The notes under the pieces are model-generated. The model did not search any database and was not told where the DNA came from. It saw nothing but the letters and a program-made list of their open reading frames with translations. The position numbers were made by a program, and so were the translations under genes. 64,000 bases of DNA from Candidatus Pyrohabitans jungbluthii. Lineage in GTDB: Archaea; Hydrothermarchaeota; Hydrothermarchaeia; Hydrothermarchaeales; BMS3B. The stretch covers positions 32,001-96,000 of the forward strand of contig MTMD02000015.1 in the NCBI GenBank assembly GCA_002010065.2, written 5' to 3'. This document shows, piece by piece, positions 31,597 to 39,940 of this stretch. How positions within the stretch are numbered: the stretch's first letter is position 1; every line of letters begins with the position of its first letter.

Positions 31597-32359
31597 CGCA
31601 TGAAGTTATGTAATTATAAACCTCATCATAATCTACAGGAAAATACCTTCTGAAATACCTCACCAGATTAGCGATGTCGCGGTGCAGAAATTCTGATGCA
31701 TAGGGGTGCTCCCTCACCACACCCGAGGAGAGGTCTATTATCACCGGAAGGTCATCCTTAACTAAGATGTTATACTCGCTAAGATCAGCGTGCACAAGGT
31801 TTGCGCGGCAGTAGAGCTTTTTAACATTGGCTAGAAGGTCTCTGAAGAACTCCTCTGGCTGAGAAAGCCCCACATTCTTGAGCATTGGTGACGGCGTGGA
31901 ATCACTGCCTATAAACTCCATGATGATGACGTTGTTCTTAAAGGCAACTGGCTTAGGCACGCGCACACCGTTGAGATAAGCCCGCTCCAGGTTTTTAAAC
32001 TCCTTCCTCACCCAGGTGTAAACTATGCCGCGGCGGTTTCTTCTGAATCCAGTGAAGCGCGGGTCACCCTCTATATATTTCGTCATAGCCCTGAAGTCGC
32101 TCGTGGCGATGCGGTGAATTTTAACTGCAAGCGGCTTGCCATCGCTATCCTTCGCAAGAAACACATTGGACTCCTTGCCTGTTTTAATCACCCCGTAGAG
32201 TAGGTCTATGTAACCCTTATTGGCAAGCTCGTACAGCGTCAAAAGCGTAGCCTTGTCAAAAACCTCGCTGGCTACCTTTAAGTCCTCTATGCCTTTAACC
32301 TTCCTGCGCAGGGCGTCCAGCTCGCGCTCCAGCTGGGAAAGCTTCTTATCAATGCTCAT
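31565..32359 (-). CDS. rio1: RIO1 serine kinase
   Basis: KTGKESNVF, AVKIHR, LVHADLSEYNIL, IIDL. Confidence 0.92.
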   Translation of the reverse strand: MSIDKKLSQLERELDALRRKVKGIEDLKVASEVFDKATLLTLYELANKGYIDLLYGVIKTGKESNVFLAKDSDGKPLAVKIHRIATSDFRAMTKYIEGDPRFTGFRRNRRGIVYTWVRKEFKNLERAYLNGVRVPKPVAFKNNVIIMEFIGSDSTPSPMLKNVGLSQPEEFFRDLLANVKKLYCRANLVHADLSEYNILVKDDLPVIIDLSSGVVREHPYASEFLHRDIANLVRYFRRYFPVDYDEVYNYITSCGGEGGVPEDS

Positions 32360-32362
32360 GAC

Positions 32363-32668
32363 TTAGAGAAGCCCCATATTGATAAGGCGGTCAACCTGAG
32401 GCTTGGTGTAGCGCCAGACCACGTCGCCCTTCTTGTCCCCCTGCACCTTCCAGGGCTTTACTATTACCACGTCCCCAACCTTGATCCATATTCTGCGCTT
32501 TATTTTACCCGGGATGCGCACCATGCGAAGCTTGTTGTCCTTGCAGCGCACCAGCATGCGGGAACCGCCGAACATCTGCTCCACTACGCCAAGAACCTCA
32601 TCATCTTTGGGCAGGCGAAGCCTCCGCAAAGCAGCCTCTTCGTCCTCGTACTCTTCCTCTACTACCAA
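32363..32668 (-). CDS. eif1a: Translation initiation factor aIF-1A
   Basis: RIPGKIKRRIWIKVGDVVIVKPW…KGDVVWRY. Confidence 0.95.
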   Translation of the reverse strand: MVVEEEYEDEEAALRRLRLPKDDEVLGVVEQMFGGSRMLVRCKDNKLRMVRIPGKIKRRIWIKVGDVVIVKPWKVQGDKKGDVVWRYTKPQVDRLINMGLL

Positions 32669-33121
32669 TGAATCACCTCTCTATTTATCTCCCCAATCGC
32701 TTTATAAAAGTTCCGTGGGTGATGCACGCGCTGGATAAGATTATATCTTAATTACTATTTAACGTTGTAAACCCTATCGCAGGGTTAGAATTGGTAACTC
32801 GCTAACCAAGTAGCTGAGGCGCTACCGCAGGCTCAGTGAAAAGCTGCAGGCTTTTCCATATCTTGCAAATCAAAGCAAAACACAGGGTTTAGTTGTACGC
32901 AAAGTATCATACTAATCTTACAACTTTTTGTTGATAGGCAGGAGATTCTAAGTTTCTGCTTTCATTTCTTTTAATTCCATCTGCCTGTCAAGGAATTTAA
33001 TAATCGTATCCATACTAATTGAAAGTTATATTAGAGGTAAAGAGCCGTAATCTAATTTTCACTGCCGACGATAAACTTAATATAGCTCAATAGCATTATC
33101 ACACTGTTAAAGAAAAATTTA

Positions 33122-33241
33122 ATGCGGGGTGCAAGAGTGGACAGGAAGGAGAGAAAGGATTGGAAGCTCACCATTGAAGATTTTGAGAAGGCTGCCTGCT
33201 ACCGTGACCACGGTGACTACCGCCCCATTGCGCCTCAGTAG
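33122..33241 (+). CDS. Putative RiPP precursor peptide MRGARVDRKERKDWKLTIEDFEKAACYRDHGDYRPIAPQ (alternative GTG start at 33137, 34 aa)
   Basis: Short ORF read manually; upstream TATA-like box near 33075; GGGGTG SD before the GTG; 18 nt before an RRE-rSAM gene. Confidence 0.72.
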   Translation: MRGARVDRKERKDWKLTIEDFEKAACYRDHGDYRPIAPQ

Positions 33242-33259
33242 TATCCTGGTGCCGACGCA

Positions 33260-34570
33260 ATGGCTGCGCATGTGGTGAGAAGGAACCCCAACGTAGTTTA
33301 TCGCAGAGAAACCCGGGGTGGCACGGTAGAGGGTTTACTACTTTTTAACTATTCCACTCGTGGGATACATTTTCTTGAGGGTTTAGCAGCTAAGCTATGG
33401 GAAGTGTGCGAGGGGAAGAGCGCAGAGGAGATTGCGCATTCTCTAAAGCTGAGCAAAGCTGAGGTTGAGCGCTTTCTTGGGGAGCTTGAGGCTCGCAGGC
33501 TGGTGCGCTACAAAGGCGAGGGTAGCGAGGGTGACAACGAGGCTTTGAGCACCTCTGGCAAAGGAATGTGGAGCTCCCGGGTTTACTTCGATTCGCCAAT
33601 CTTTGTGCAATTCGACGTTACCAATGCCTGCAACCTGCGCTGCGCCCACTGCGTTACCTCCTCGGGTGAACCTCTGGAAAATGAGCTTTCAACGCAGGAG
33701 GCGCTCTCGTTGATTGATGAGCTTGCGTCGCTCGGGGTTTTCCAGATAGGCTTCTCCGGCGGAGAAGCGCTGCTACGCAGGGATATCTTCACGCTGATGG
33801 AGCACGCGAAAAAGCGAGGCATAAAGGTGCAGCTCACCACAAACGCAACGCTTATCAGCGAAGCTACAGCGAAGAAGCTGGTGAAGCTCGAGCCTATCAC
33901 CGTTGGGGTTAGCCTTGAAGGAGCAACAAAGCAGAGCTACGGAAGCTTTCGCGGCGAGGAGAACTTTGAGCGTGCCCTCTCCGGGGTACGCGCGCTCTTG
34001 CGCCACTCGCTGCCGGTGAAGCTGAAGGTCGCTGTTTCAAGGCGCAATCTTAGCGAGGTGGACGCAATTCTCAAGCTGGCGGTTGAGCTGGGCGTTGAGG
34101 CTGTGGATATGTTCCTACTCTATCCCGAGGGGAGAGCCAGGGGCATGAAGGACGAAGCCCTGAGCAGCACGGAAATTAAGGAGTTCTTAACCCTGCTTGC
34201 AAGGAGGCGCAGGGAGTACGAGGGAAAGCTTGCGATAGATGTGGACGACAAGCCCAACGCCTTTCTGGTTGACGCTTCTCTGGGTGCGAGCACCTGTGGC
34301 GCAGGCGCGTACTGGGCGGAGGTGCTGCCAAACGGAGATGTGGTGCCCTGCATTTTCCTGCGCAGTATGCGCGCTGGCAATGTGCGCGAGGCGAGCTTCA
34401 AGGAGATATGGCAGGGCAGCGTGTGGGAGCCTCTGCGCTCCCGTAGGCTAAAGGGGAGGTGCGGTGAGTGTGAGCACGCCTCTCGCTGCGGCGGGGGATG
34501 CAGGGCGAATGCGCTTTTACTGCTGGGCGACATAATGCAAGAGGATGCGCTGTGCTGGTACGGTGGTTAG
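33260..34570 (+). CDS. PqqD/RRE-fused radical SAM-SPASM peptide maturase
   Basis: N-terminal LLLFN…IHFLEGLAAKLWEVCEGKSAEEIA…VERFLGEL (RRE-like); CNLRCAHC; SPASM C…PC…CGEC…CGGGC…C. Confidence 0.85.
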   Translation: MAAHVVRRNPNVVYRRETRGGTVEGLLLFNYSTRGIHFLEGLAAKLWEVCEGKSAEEIAHSLKLSKAEVERFLGELEARRLVRYKGEGSEGDNEALSTSGKGMWSSRVYFDSPIFVQFDVTNACNLRCAHCVTSSGEPLENELSTQEALSLIDELASLGVFQIGFSGGEALLRRDIFTLMEHAKKRGIKVQLTTNATLISEATAKKLVKLEPITVGVSLEGATKQSYGSFRGEENFERALSGVRALLRHSLPVKLKVAVSRRNLSEVDAILKLAVELGVEAVDMFLLYPEGRARGMKDEALSSTEIKEFLTLLARRRREYEGKLAIDVDDKPNAFLVDASLGASTCGAGAYWAEVLPNGDVVPCIFLRSMRAGNVREASFKEIWQGSVWEPLRSRRLKGRCGECEHASRCGGGCRANALLLLGDIMQEDALCWYGG

Positions 34571-34571
34571 G

Positions 34572-35570
34572 GTGAACGCCTCAGGGTTATACGCGGTGGA
34601 GATCAGGCTAACAAAAGCGTGCAACCTGCGCTGCGCTCATTGCTCCGTCGCCGGAGGGGAGGCGGCGCGGGATGAGCTGGGCACCTCTGAGATAAAGCAC
34701 GTGCTTGACCAGCTTGCAGAGCTTCGCGTTCCCTACGTCACCTTCACAGGGGGCGAGCCTCTGCTGCGCAGGGACGCGATAAAGCTCATCGCATATGCAT
34801 CTTCGCGGGGGCTGCGCCCAAACCTGGACACCAACGGCATGCTCATAAACCCTGCCAAAGCCAAGCGCCTTAAAGAGGTAGGCATTGATCTGGTGCAGGT
34901 GAGTATCGATGGCACAGAGGAGACCCACGAAAAGATACGCGGGCAGGGAAGCTATGCTGCGGCGATTCGTGGTGCCAGGGAGGTGGTCAGGGCAGGGATT
35001 CCACTGCACATCAACTTCACCCTATCCAAGCTCAACCTCTCCGACCTCGAAGCAGTGGTGGAAACCGCCTCTTCCTTGGGGGCGAGAAGCCTCAGCCTGG
35101 AGAGGTTCATCGCCATCGGCAGGGGAGGAGCTATCGCCGAGCAGGCGCTTAGCAGCGAGGAGTTTCGTGAGGCACTGCACAGGTTTTTCTCACTGGCTGA
35201 GCATACACAGGTAAAGCTTCTCACCACCGACCCGCTGCGCGTGCTCATAGATCGCAAGCTTATAGAGCGCTACCGCGAGGAGATGTCGCGAAGAGTTTGC
35301 GGTGGGTGCACCGCTGGCATTGCAGCGCTAACCATATCCTACGACGGTGAGGTGTACCCCTGTCCGAAGCTACCCCTAAGCGTAGGTAATGTTCGTGAGC
35401 AGAGCATCGCAGAGATATGGCAGGGCAATGAGACCCTAGCGGCGCTGCGCGCGCGGGAGTTTAAGGGCAGGTGCGGTGAATGTGAGCTGGTAAATCTGTG
35501 CGGTGGGTGCAGGGGCGAGGCATTCGCGAGGGGAGATTTTCTTGGCGAAGACACCATGTGCTGGAAGTGA
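34572..35570 (+). CDS. Radical SAM-SPASM enzyme (no RRE)
   Basis: CNLRCAHC, TGGEPLLR, CTAG…YPC…CGEC…CGGC…C. Confidence 0.88.
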   Translation: MNASGLYAVEIRLTKACNLRCAHCSVAGGEAARDELGTSEIKHVLDQLAELRVPYVTFTGGEPLLRRDAIKLIAYASSRGLRPNLDTNGMLINPAKAKRLKEVGIDLVQVSIDGTEETHEKIRGQGSYAAAIRGAREVVRAGIPLHINFTLSKLNLSDLEAVVETASSLGARSLSLERFIAIGRGGAIAEQALSSEEFREALHRFFSLAEHTQVKLLTTDPLRVLIDRKLIERYREEMSRRVCGGCTAGIAALTISYDGEVYPCPKLPLSVGNVREQSIAEIWQGNETLAALRAREFKGRCGECELVNLCGGCRGEAFARGDFLGEDTMCWK

Positions 35571-35574
35571 TGGT

Positions 35575-36651
35575 ATGCGTGACGAGGAGCTTAAGGTTGA
35601 ACTTCTGTGCCGGGGAATGAAGGTTCCTGAGCAAGCGTGGAGCTACTACAAGCGGAGCGCGGGCTTTCCGATAAGGTTTGGGGATACGCTGGTAAGCGTG
35701 CCCTCCTTGGGCAAGTACGACCGCTACAGCTTCGTAGAAGCTTCGCCTTACAGCATAACGAGAAGCGACGGGAAGTGGCTGCTTCTTAAGGACGGGGAAG
35801 TGATTCGCGAAGTCGACGTAGCCGAGGTGCCCGGCTTTTACGAGAAGCTGAGCAGCGATGGCGTGGAGATGAAGCGCATATTCCAGGTTTGTGGCTGGGA
35901 CTGCGTGCTCACAGGCGTTGTTCAGAGCTGTGCCTACCAGAGGCGTGGCACCCAATGCAGGTTCTGTGGCACCATCTACAACCCTGCCTACGAGGGCAGG
36001 CTGGACAGGAAAACGCCTCAGCAGCTTGCTGAAGCCGCTGAAGCAGCGGTGGAGCACGGGATAAAGCATGCGGTTATAACCTCCGGCGTAATGCCCACCC
36101 CCGACAGGGGAGCGCGCCTCTTGCTGGAGGCTGCGAAGGCGATTAAGGAACGCGTGGATATCCCGCTTGAGGCTGAGCTCGCTCCGCCACAGGATTTGCG
36201 CTACTTGGAGCTTCTTTTAGAGCACGTGGACAGCGTGAGCATAAACATCGAAACTTTAGACCAGCGAGTGCGAGAGTACGCCTGTCCCGATAAATCCAAT
36301 ATACCCTACGAGGAATACTTCGCGGCGTATGAGCTCGCCCTCGAGGCTCTCGGCGAAAACCAAGTGAACTCCTGGCTCATCGCCGGTCTAGGGGAGAGTG
36401 ATGAGGCGATCATCGAAGGGGTTGAAGAGCTCGCTGAACGAGGCGTCTTCCCCTTCCTTGTGCCCCTCCGTCCCACAAAGGGCACGGGCTATGAGAACAC
36501 GCCGCCACCATCGCCGGAGAGGCTGAGCACGCTTGCCATGCAGGCTGCGGAGGTGGTTAAAGACTTCGGGCTGAAGCCAGAGAAGAACAAAGCCGGATGC
36601 ATGAGGTGCTCCGCGTGCTCACCCGTGAGGGACTTTCTGAAGCTGGTGTAG
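35575..36651 (+). CDS. Radical SAM enzyme, MSMEG_0568/biotin-synthase-like, CX8CX2C motif
   Basis: QSCAYQRRGTQCRFC; ITSG; LIAGLGE; C-terminal GCMRCSACS. Confidence 0.8.
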   Translation: MRDEELKVELLCRGMKVPEQAWSYYKRSAGFPIRFGDTLVSVPSLGKYDRYSFVEASPYSITRSDGKWLLLKDGEVIREVDVAEVPGFYEKLSSDGVEMKRIFQVCGWDCVLTGVVQSCAYQRRGTQCRFCGTIYNPAYEGRLDRKTPQQLAEAAEAAVEHGIKHAVITSGVMPTPDRGARLLLEAAKAIKERVDIPLEAELAPPQDLRYLELLLEHVDSVSINIETLDQRVREYACPDKSNIPYEEYFAAYELALEALGENQVNSWLIAGLGESDEAIIEGVEELAERGVFPFLVPLRPTKGTGYENTPPPSPERLSTLAMQAAEVVKDFGLKPEKNKAGCMRCSACSPVRDFLKLV

Positions 36652-37313
36652 GGCTAAAGGAGAAGTGGAGGCGCGGCTACGAAGGGTTGGCTCAGCTTAT
36701 AGCACAGCATATTTACGGGCGCGTGCTTGAGGCGGGCGCTGGCAGAGGACAGCTCACTCAGGCGCTATTGCGCTACCACGAGAACCTCGTAGCCCTGGAT
36801 GCATCGCCGGGAGAGCTTTTTAAGCTTAAACAAAGCTGCCATGTTACGGCGGTGGCAGGAGCTTTTGAGGCGCTGCCCTTCGCGGCGGGGAGCTTCAACT
36901 GCGTGGTGAGCAACTTCACCGCGGGCTGGCTAAACGAGGAGCACTTGCTCAGAGCGCTTAAAGAGTTTAAACGGGTGCTCGCCAAAGGCGGCGTCGCGAT
37001 ACTCAGCGACTTTTACCCGGAGGCAAGGAGCAAGGCGGAAGAGGTGGCGCTGCTTCAGGGCTTGCCCGAGAACAACCTCTTGCCTTCGGAGAAGTGGTGG
37101 CATCCCGAGGAGATTGCAGCGCTTGCAGCGAAGGCTGGCTTTGAGGAGGAGAAGCTAGCCTTCTACGACTGGGGCATACGCTTCACCAGAGAGGAGGCGA
37201 TACTCCAGCTCACGCGGTGGCATGCTAAGCAGGAGTTCATAGGCCGCATAGACGCTCTGCTTTCAAGGCATGGCATGGCTCTTCCCCAAAGCTATGTGCT
37301 CATGCTGAGGTAG
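36597..37313 (+). CDS. Class I SAM-dependent methyltransferase (true start uncertain, probably near 36650-36690)
   Basis: VLEAGAGRG, ALDAS, LPFAAGSFNCVV, RVLAKGG. Confidence 0.8.
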   Translation: MHEVLRVLTREGLSEAGVGLKEKWRRGYEGLAQLIAQHIYGRVLEAGAGRGQLTQALLRYHENLVALDASPGELFKLKQSCHVTAVAGAFEALPFAAGSFNCVVSNFTAGWLNEEHLLRALKEFKRVLAKGGVAILSDFYPEARSKAEEVALLQGLPENNLLPSEKWWHPEEIAALAAKAGFEEEKLAFYDWGIRFTREEAILQLTRWHAKQEFIGRIDALLSRHGMALPQSYVLMLR

Positions 37314-37317
37314 GGAT

Positions 37318-38106
37318 ATGAAGCTTCTCATCCTGGCTGGAGTGCATGGAGATGAGCCTGCTGCAGTGGAGGCAGCGAAGAGACTGGCGAGGCTTTTCCG
37401 GGACAGTGAAGAGGTTGAGGTGGTGCCGGAGGCTAACCCGGAGGCATGCTTTGCCGGCACCAGGCTGAGCCCCAGCGATGGCAGGGATTTAAACCGCTGC
37501 TTTCCAGGAAATGAAGAAGGGACGAGCACAGAGAGGCTTGCATTTAGGCTTTTTCAGAAGGTGCTTGAGGCTGAGGTTGTGGTGGACCTGCACACGCCCA
37601 GCATGGGCAGAGCGTACCTGCCCCACGCCAGGCTGCGCGTGGCCATGCCAAAGCTGAGAGAGCTGTGCTCCTATGCGGGCATGGACTATGCCACCCTTGA
37701 TGTACCTGAGCAGGGAATGCTCCAGGTGGAGGCTTCTCAGCGGGGGATACCTGTGCTCACCCTTGAGGCTGGAGAGGGAGGCAAAGCAGGCGAAGAAACG
37801 GTTAACGCTCTTGTGGAAGCGGTGCTGGGAGTGGCGCGAAGTCTGGGCGTAGCAGAAGGCGAGGCTGCTCGCGGAGAGGTGCGCTTTGTGAAGCGGGAGC
37901 GGATTCTGAGCGATGCCTCGGGTAAGCTTAAGATGAAGGTGGCGCTAGGCGATGAGGTGAGGCTGGGCACCATAGTTGCGAAGGTTGGAAAGACAAGAAT
38001 AAAGTCCCACGTGAATGGCATTGTTCTGGGTGTGAGTTCTCAGGAGTACGTGGAGGAGAATGAGTTTGTCGCCAGCATAGGCGTGGAGGTTCAGCATGAA
38101 TTATGA
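37318..38106 (+). CDS. M14-family Zn hydrolase (succinylglutamate desuccinylase/aspartoacylase-like)
   Basis: GVHGDE, DLNRCFPG, VDLH, TLEAG. Confidence 0.88.
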   Translation: MKLLILAGVHGDEPAAVEAAKRLARLFRDSEEVEVVPEANPEACFAGTRLSPSDGRDLNRCFPGNEEGTSTERLAFRLFQKVLEAEVVVDLHTPSMGRAYLPHARLRVAMPKLRELCSYAGMDYATLDVPEQGMLQVEASQRGIPVLTLEAGEGGKAGEETVNALVEAVLGVARSLGVAEGEAARGEVRFVKRERILSDASGKLKMKVALGDEVRLGTIVAKVGKTRIKSHVNGIVLGVSSQEYVEENEFVASIGVEVQHEL

Positions 38107-38638
38107 GGAATGCTATGAGCTTATAAAGCGCGCTCGCTACCGCGATGCAATCTCTTGCTTAGAACGCCTGCTCAGCGCCAACCCGCGCGACGACCGCGCG
38201 TGGGTTACCAAGGCGGGGGCGCACCGTGCCATAGGCGAATACCACGAGGCTTTGAGCTGCTACGACGAGGCGATTAAGCTCAACCCGAGCAACGACGACG
38301 CGTGGTACTTCCGCGGCAAGCTCTTCGCCAGATGGAGTGAGCACGCTGAGGCTGAGCGCTGCTTTGCCGAGGTGCTGAAGCTCAACCCGCGCGATGAGTA
38401 CGCATGGATAGGCAGAGGAAAGGCGCTTAAAGGTTTAGCCCGCTACGAGGAGGCGCTGCGCTGCCTGGACAAAGCTATTGAGATTAACCAGCGCAACGAG
38501 GACTCGTGGATGCTTAAGGCGGAGGTGCTGCTGAAGCTGGGGAAGCGCGACGCTGCCATCGCCTGCCTCAAGCGCGTGCTGGAAATTAACCCCAGAAACG
38601 AGGACGCGAAGGATAAGCTGGAGAGGATAAGGGAATGA
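38096..38638 (+). CDS. Tetratricopeptide repeat protein
   Basis: About five 34-aa repeats with AW..(K/R)G…A..C…(A/V)(I/L)..NP. Confidence 0.9.
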   Translation: MNYEECYELIKRARYRDAISCLERLLSANPRDDRAWVTKAGAHRAIGEYHEALSCYDEAIKLNPSNDDAWYFRGKLFARWSEHAEAERCFAEVLKLNPRDEYAWIGRGKALKGLARYEEALRCLDKAIEINQRNEDSWMLKAEVLLKLGKRDAAIACLKRVLEINPRNEDAKDKLERIRE

Positions 38639-39702
38639 CGCTGAGCGTTGCTGACAAGAAGATACTTATCCAGAGCAAGGGGCTGAGAATCCCCTGGGAA
38701 GTGGAAAAAGAGCTAGCACAGCGCTTCGCGGGCGTTGAGAGCGACTATCCCAGCTTCTTCCTCGAGGGCAGCACACCTGTGGGTCTGCTCAACGGCTTCT
38801 ACACTGAAGCCTCGCCCTTTGAGCTTCGCAGGCATTGCAAGGGGTATGCGATTTTTTGCGACGACGAACCCTTCGCAGAGGTGAGCTTTCTACCTCGCAC
38901 CCCCTTCCTCGACAGGCGCACCTCTCGAGGCATAGCAATGAGGCGCATTGTTAAGATGGTTGCCCCCGGGTTTCCGATAATCTACCTTAACACGGGATGC
39001 ATGTACTGGGGGGAGAAGCAGTGCAAGTTCTGCGTGGTGGGGCACATAGACACAGAGAAGTTTAAGAACCCAGAGGATGTGGCTGAAACCGTCGAAGCTG
39101 GAGTCAAAGACGGTGGTATAAAAACCCACGTGGCGCTCACCAGTGGGGCTTTGCCCAAGGATAAGGCGATTGACCTGCTCGCAGCCACTGTAAAGGCGAT
39201 TAAAGAGCGCGTAGATATACCGGTTTCCGTTAATCTTGAGCCTCCAAGGGATTTGGGCAAGCTTGAGATGCTTGCTGATGCTGACTCTATATACCTGAAC
39301 ATGGAAGTCTACGACCCTGCCGCAAGGAAGCGCTTTCTCCCGGGCAAGAGCGAATTCTCGCCTGAGTACTACTTCAGAGCCTTTAAAGCATGCCTCGATA
39401 TATTCGAGGAGAACCAGGTATGCTCTGTGCTGCTCGCTGGCCTAGAGAGCGACGAGAGCTATCTGCGCGGCGTTGAAGCCCTCGCCGAGCGTGGCGTGCT
39501 CCCCGTAACCACGCCCTTCTACCCAGCGCTCCTCTCAAAGCTAGCGGACGAGAAGCCGCCCTCCGCCGAGAGGATGCGCCGCATATACGAGCGCAGCGTG
39601 GAGATAATCCGCGCCTATGGTTTGGACCCCTTCAAGACAAAAGCAGGTTTTATGCGCGGCGGCGCAATCTTCGCCCTCAAGGAGGTTTGGAAGGAGATGT
39701 AA
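38635..39702 (+). CDS. Radical SAM enzyme, paralogue of 35575, CX7CX2C motif, no C-terminal Cys
   Basis: TGCMYWGEKQCKFC; LTSG; LLAGLE; C-terminal AGFMRGGAIF. Confidence 0.8.
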   Translation: MTLSVADKKILIQSKGLRIPWEVEKELAQRFAGVESDYPSFFLEGSTPVGLLNGFYTEASPFELRRHCKGYAIFCDDEPFAEVSFLPRTPFLDRRTSRGIAMRRIVKMVAPGFPIIYLNTGCMYWGEKQCKFCVVGHIDTEKFKNPEDVAETVEAGVKDGGIKTHVALTSGALPKDKAIDLLAATVKAIKERVDIPVSVNLEPPRDLGKLEMLADADSIYLNMEVYDPAARKRFLPGKSEFSPEYYFRAFKACLDIFEENQVCSVLLAGLESDESYLRGVEALAERGVLPVTTPFYPALLSKLADEKPPSAERMRRIYERSVEIIRAYGLDPFKTKAGFMRGGAIFALKEVWKEM

Positions 39703-39940
39703 AAGGGCTATCCAAATTATCCTTATTATCCTTAATATATATGACCAGCCAGAACATTTCAATGATGCTGCTATATAGGCCTACCAAACCCAAAATCTCC
39801 CGCAAGTCTAGTTTCCTCATTATTATGTGATATGAGGGTACTAAATTATTCAGTAATACCCCAAACAATACAAGGGGAGCGATAAACTATATATATGCAG
39901 AATTTTTAAGGAGATAATTACCAATCCCGGAGACCAGATT

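Noticed and set aside
32740-33060. Short palindromes and tiny ORFs upstream of the rSAM operon
   Set aside because: No coherent fold or coding signal, and no second precursor copy found
33260-35570. AhbC/AhbD (alternative heme synthesis) annotation for the SPASM pair
   Set aside because: The RRE-like extension, adjacent peptide and absence of ahbA/B or hem genes favour peptide modification; not formally excluded without phylogeny
39677-39868. 63 aa minus-strand ORF after the rSAM operon
   Set aside because: No SD, AT-rich intergenic composition and overlap with the rSAM 3' end; cannot be supported
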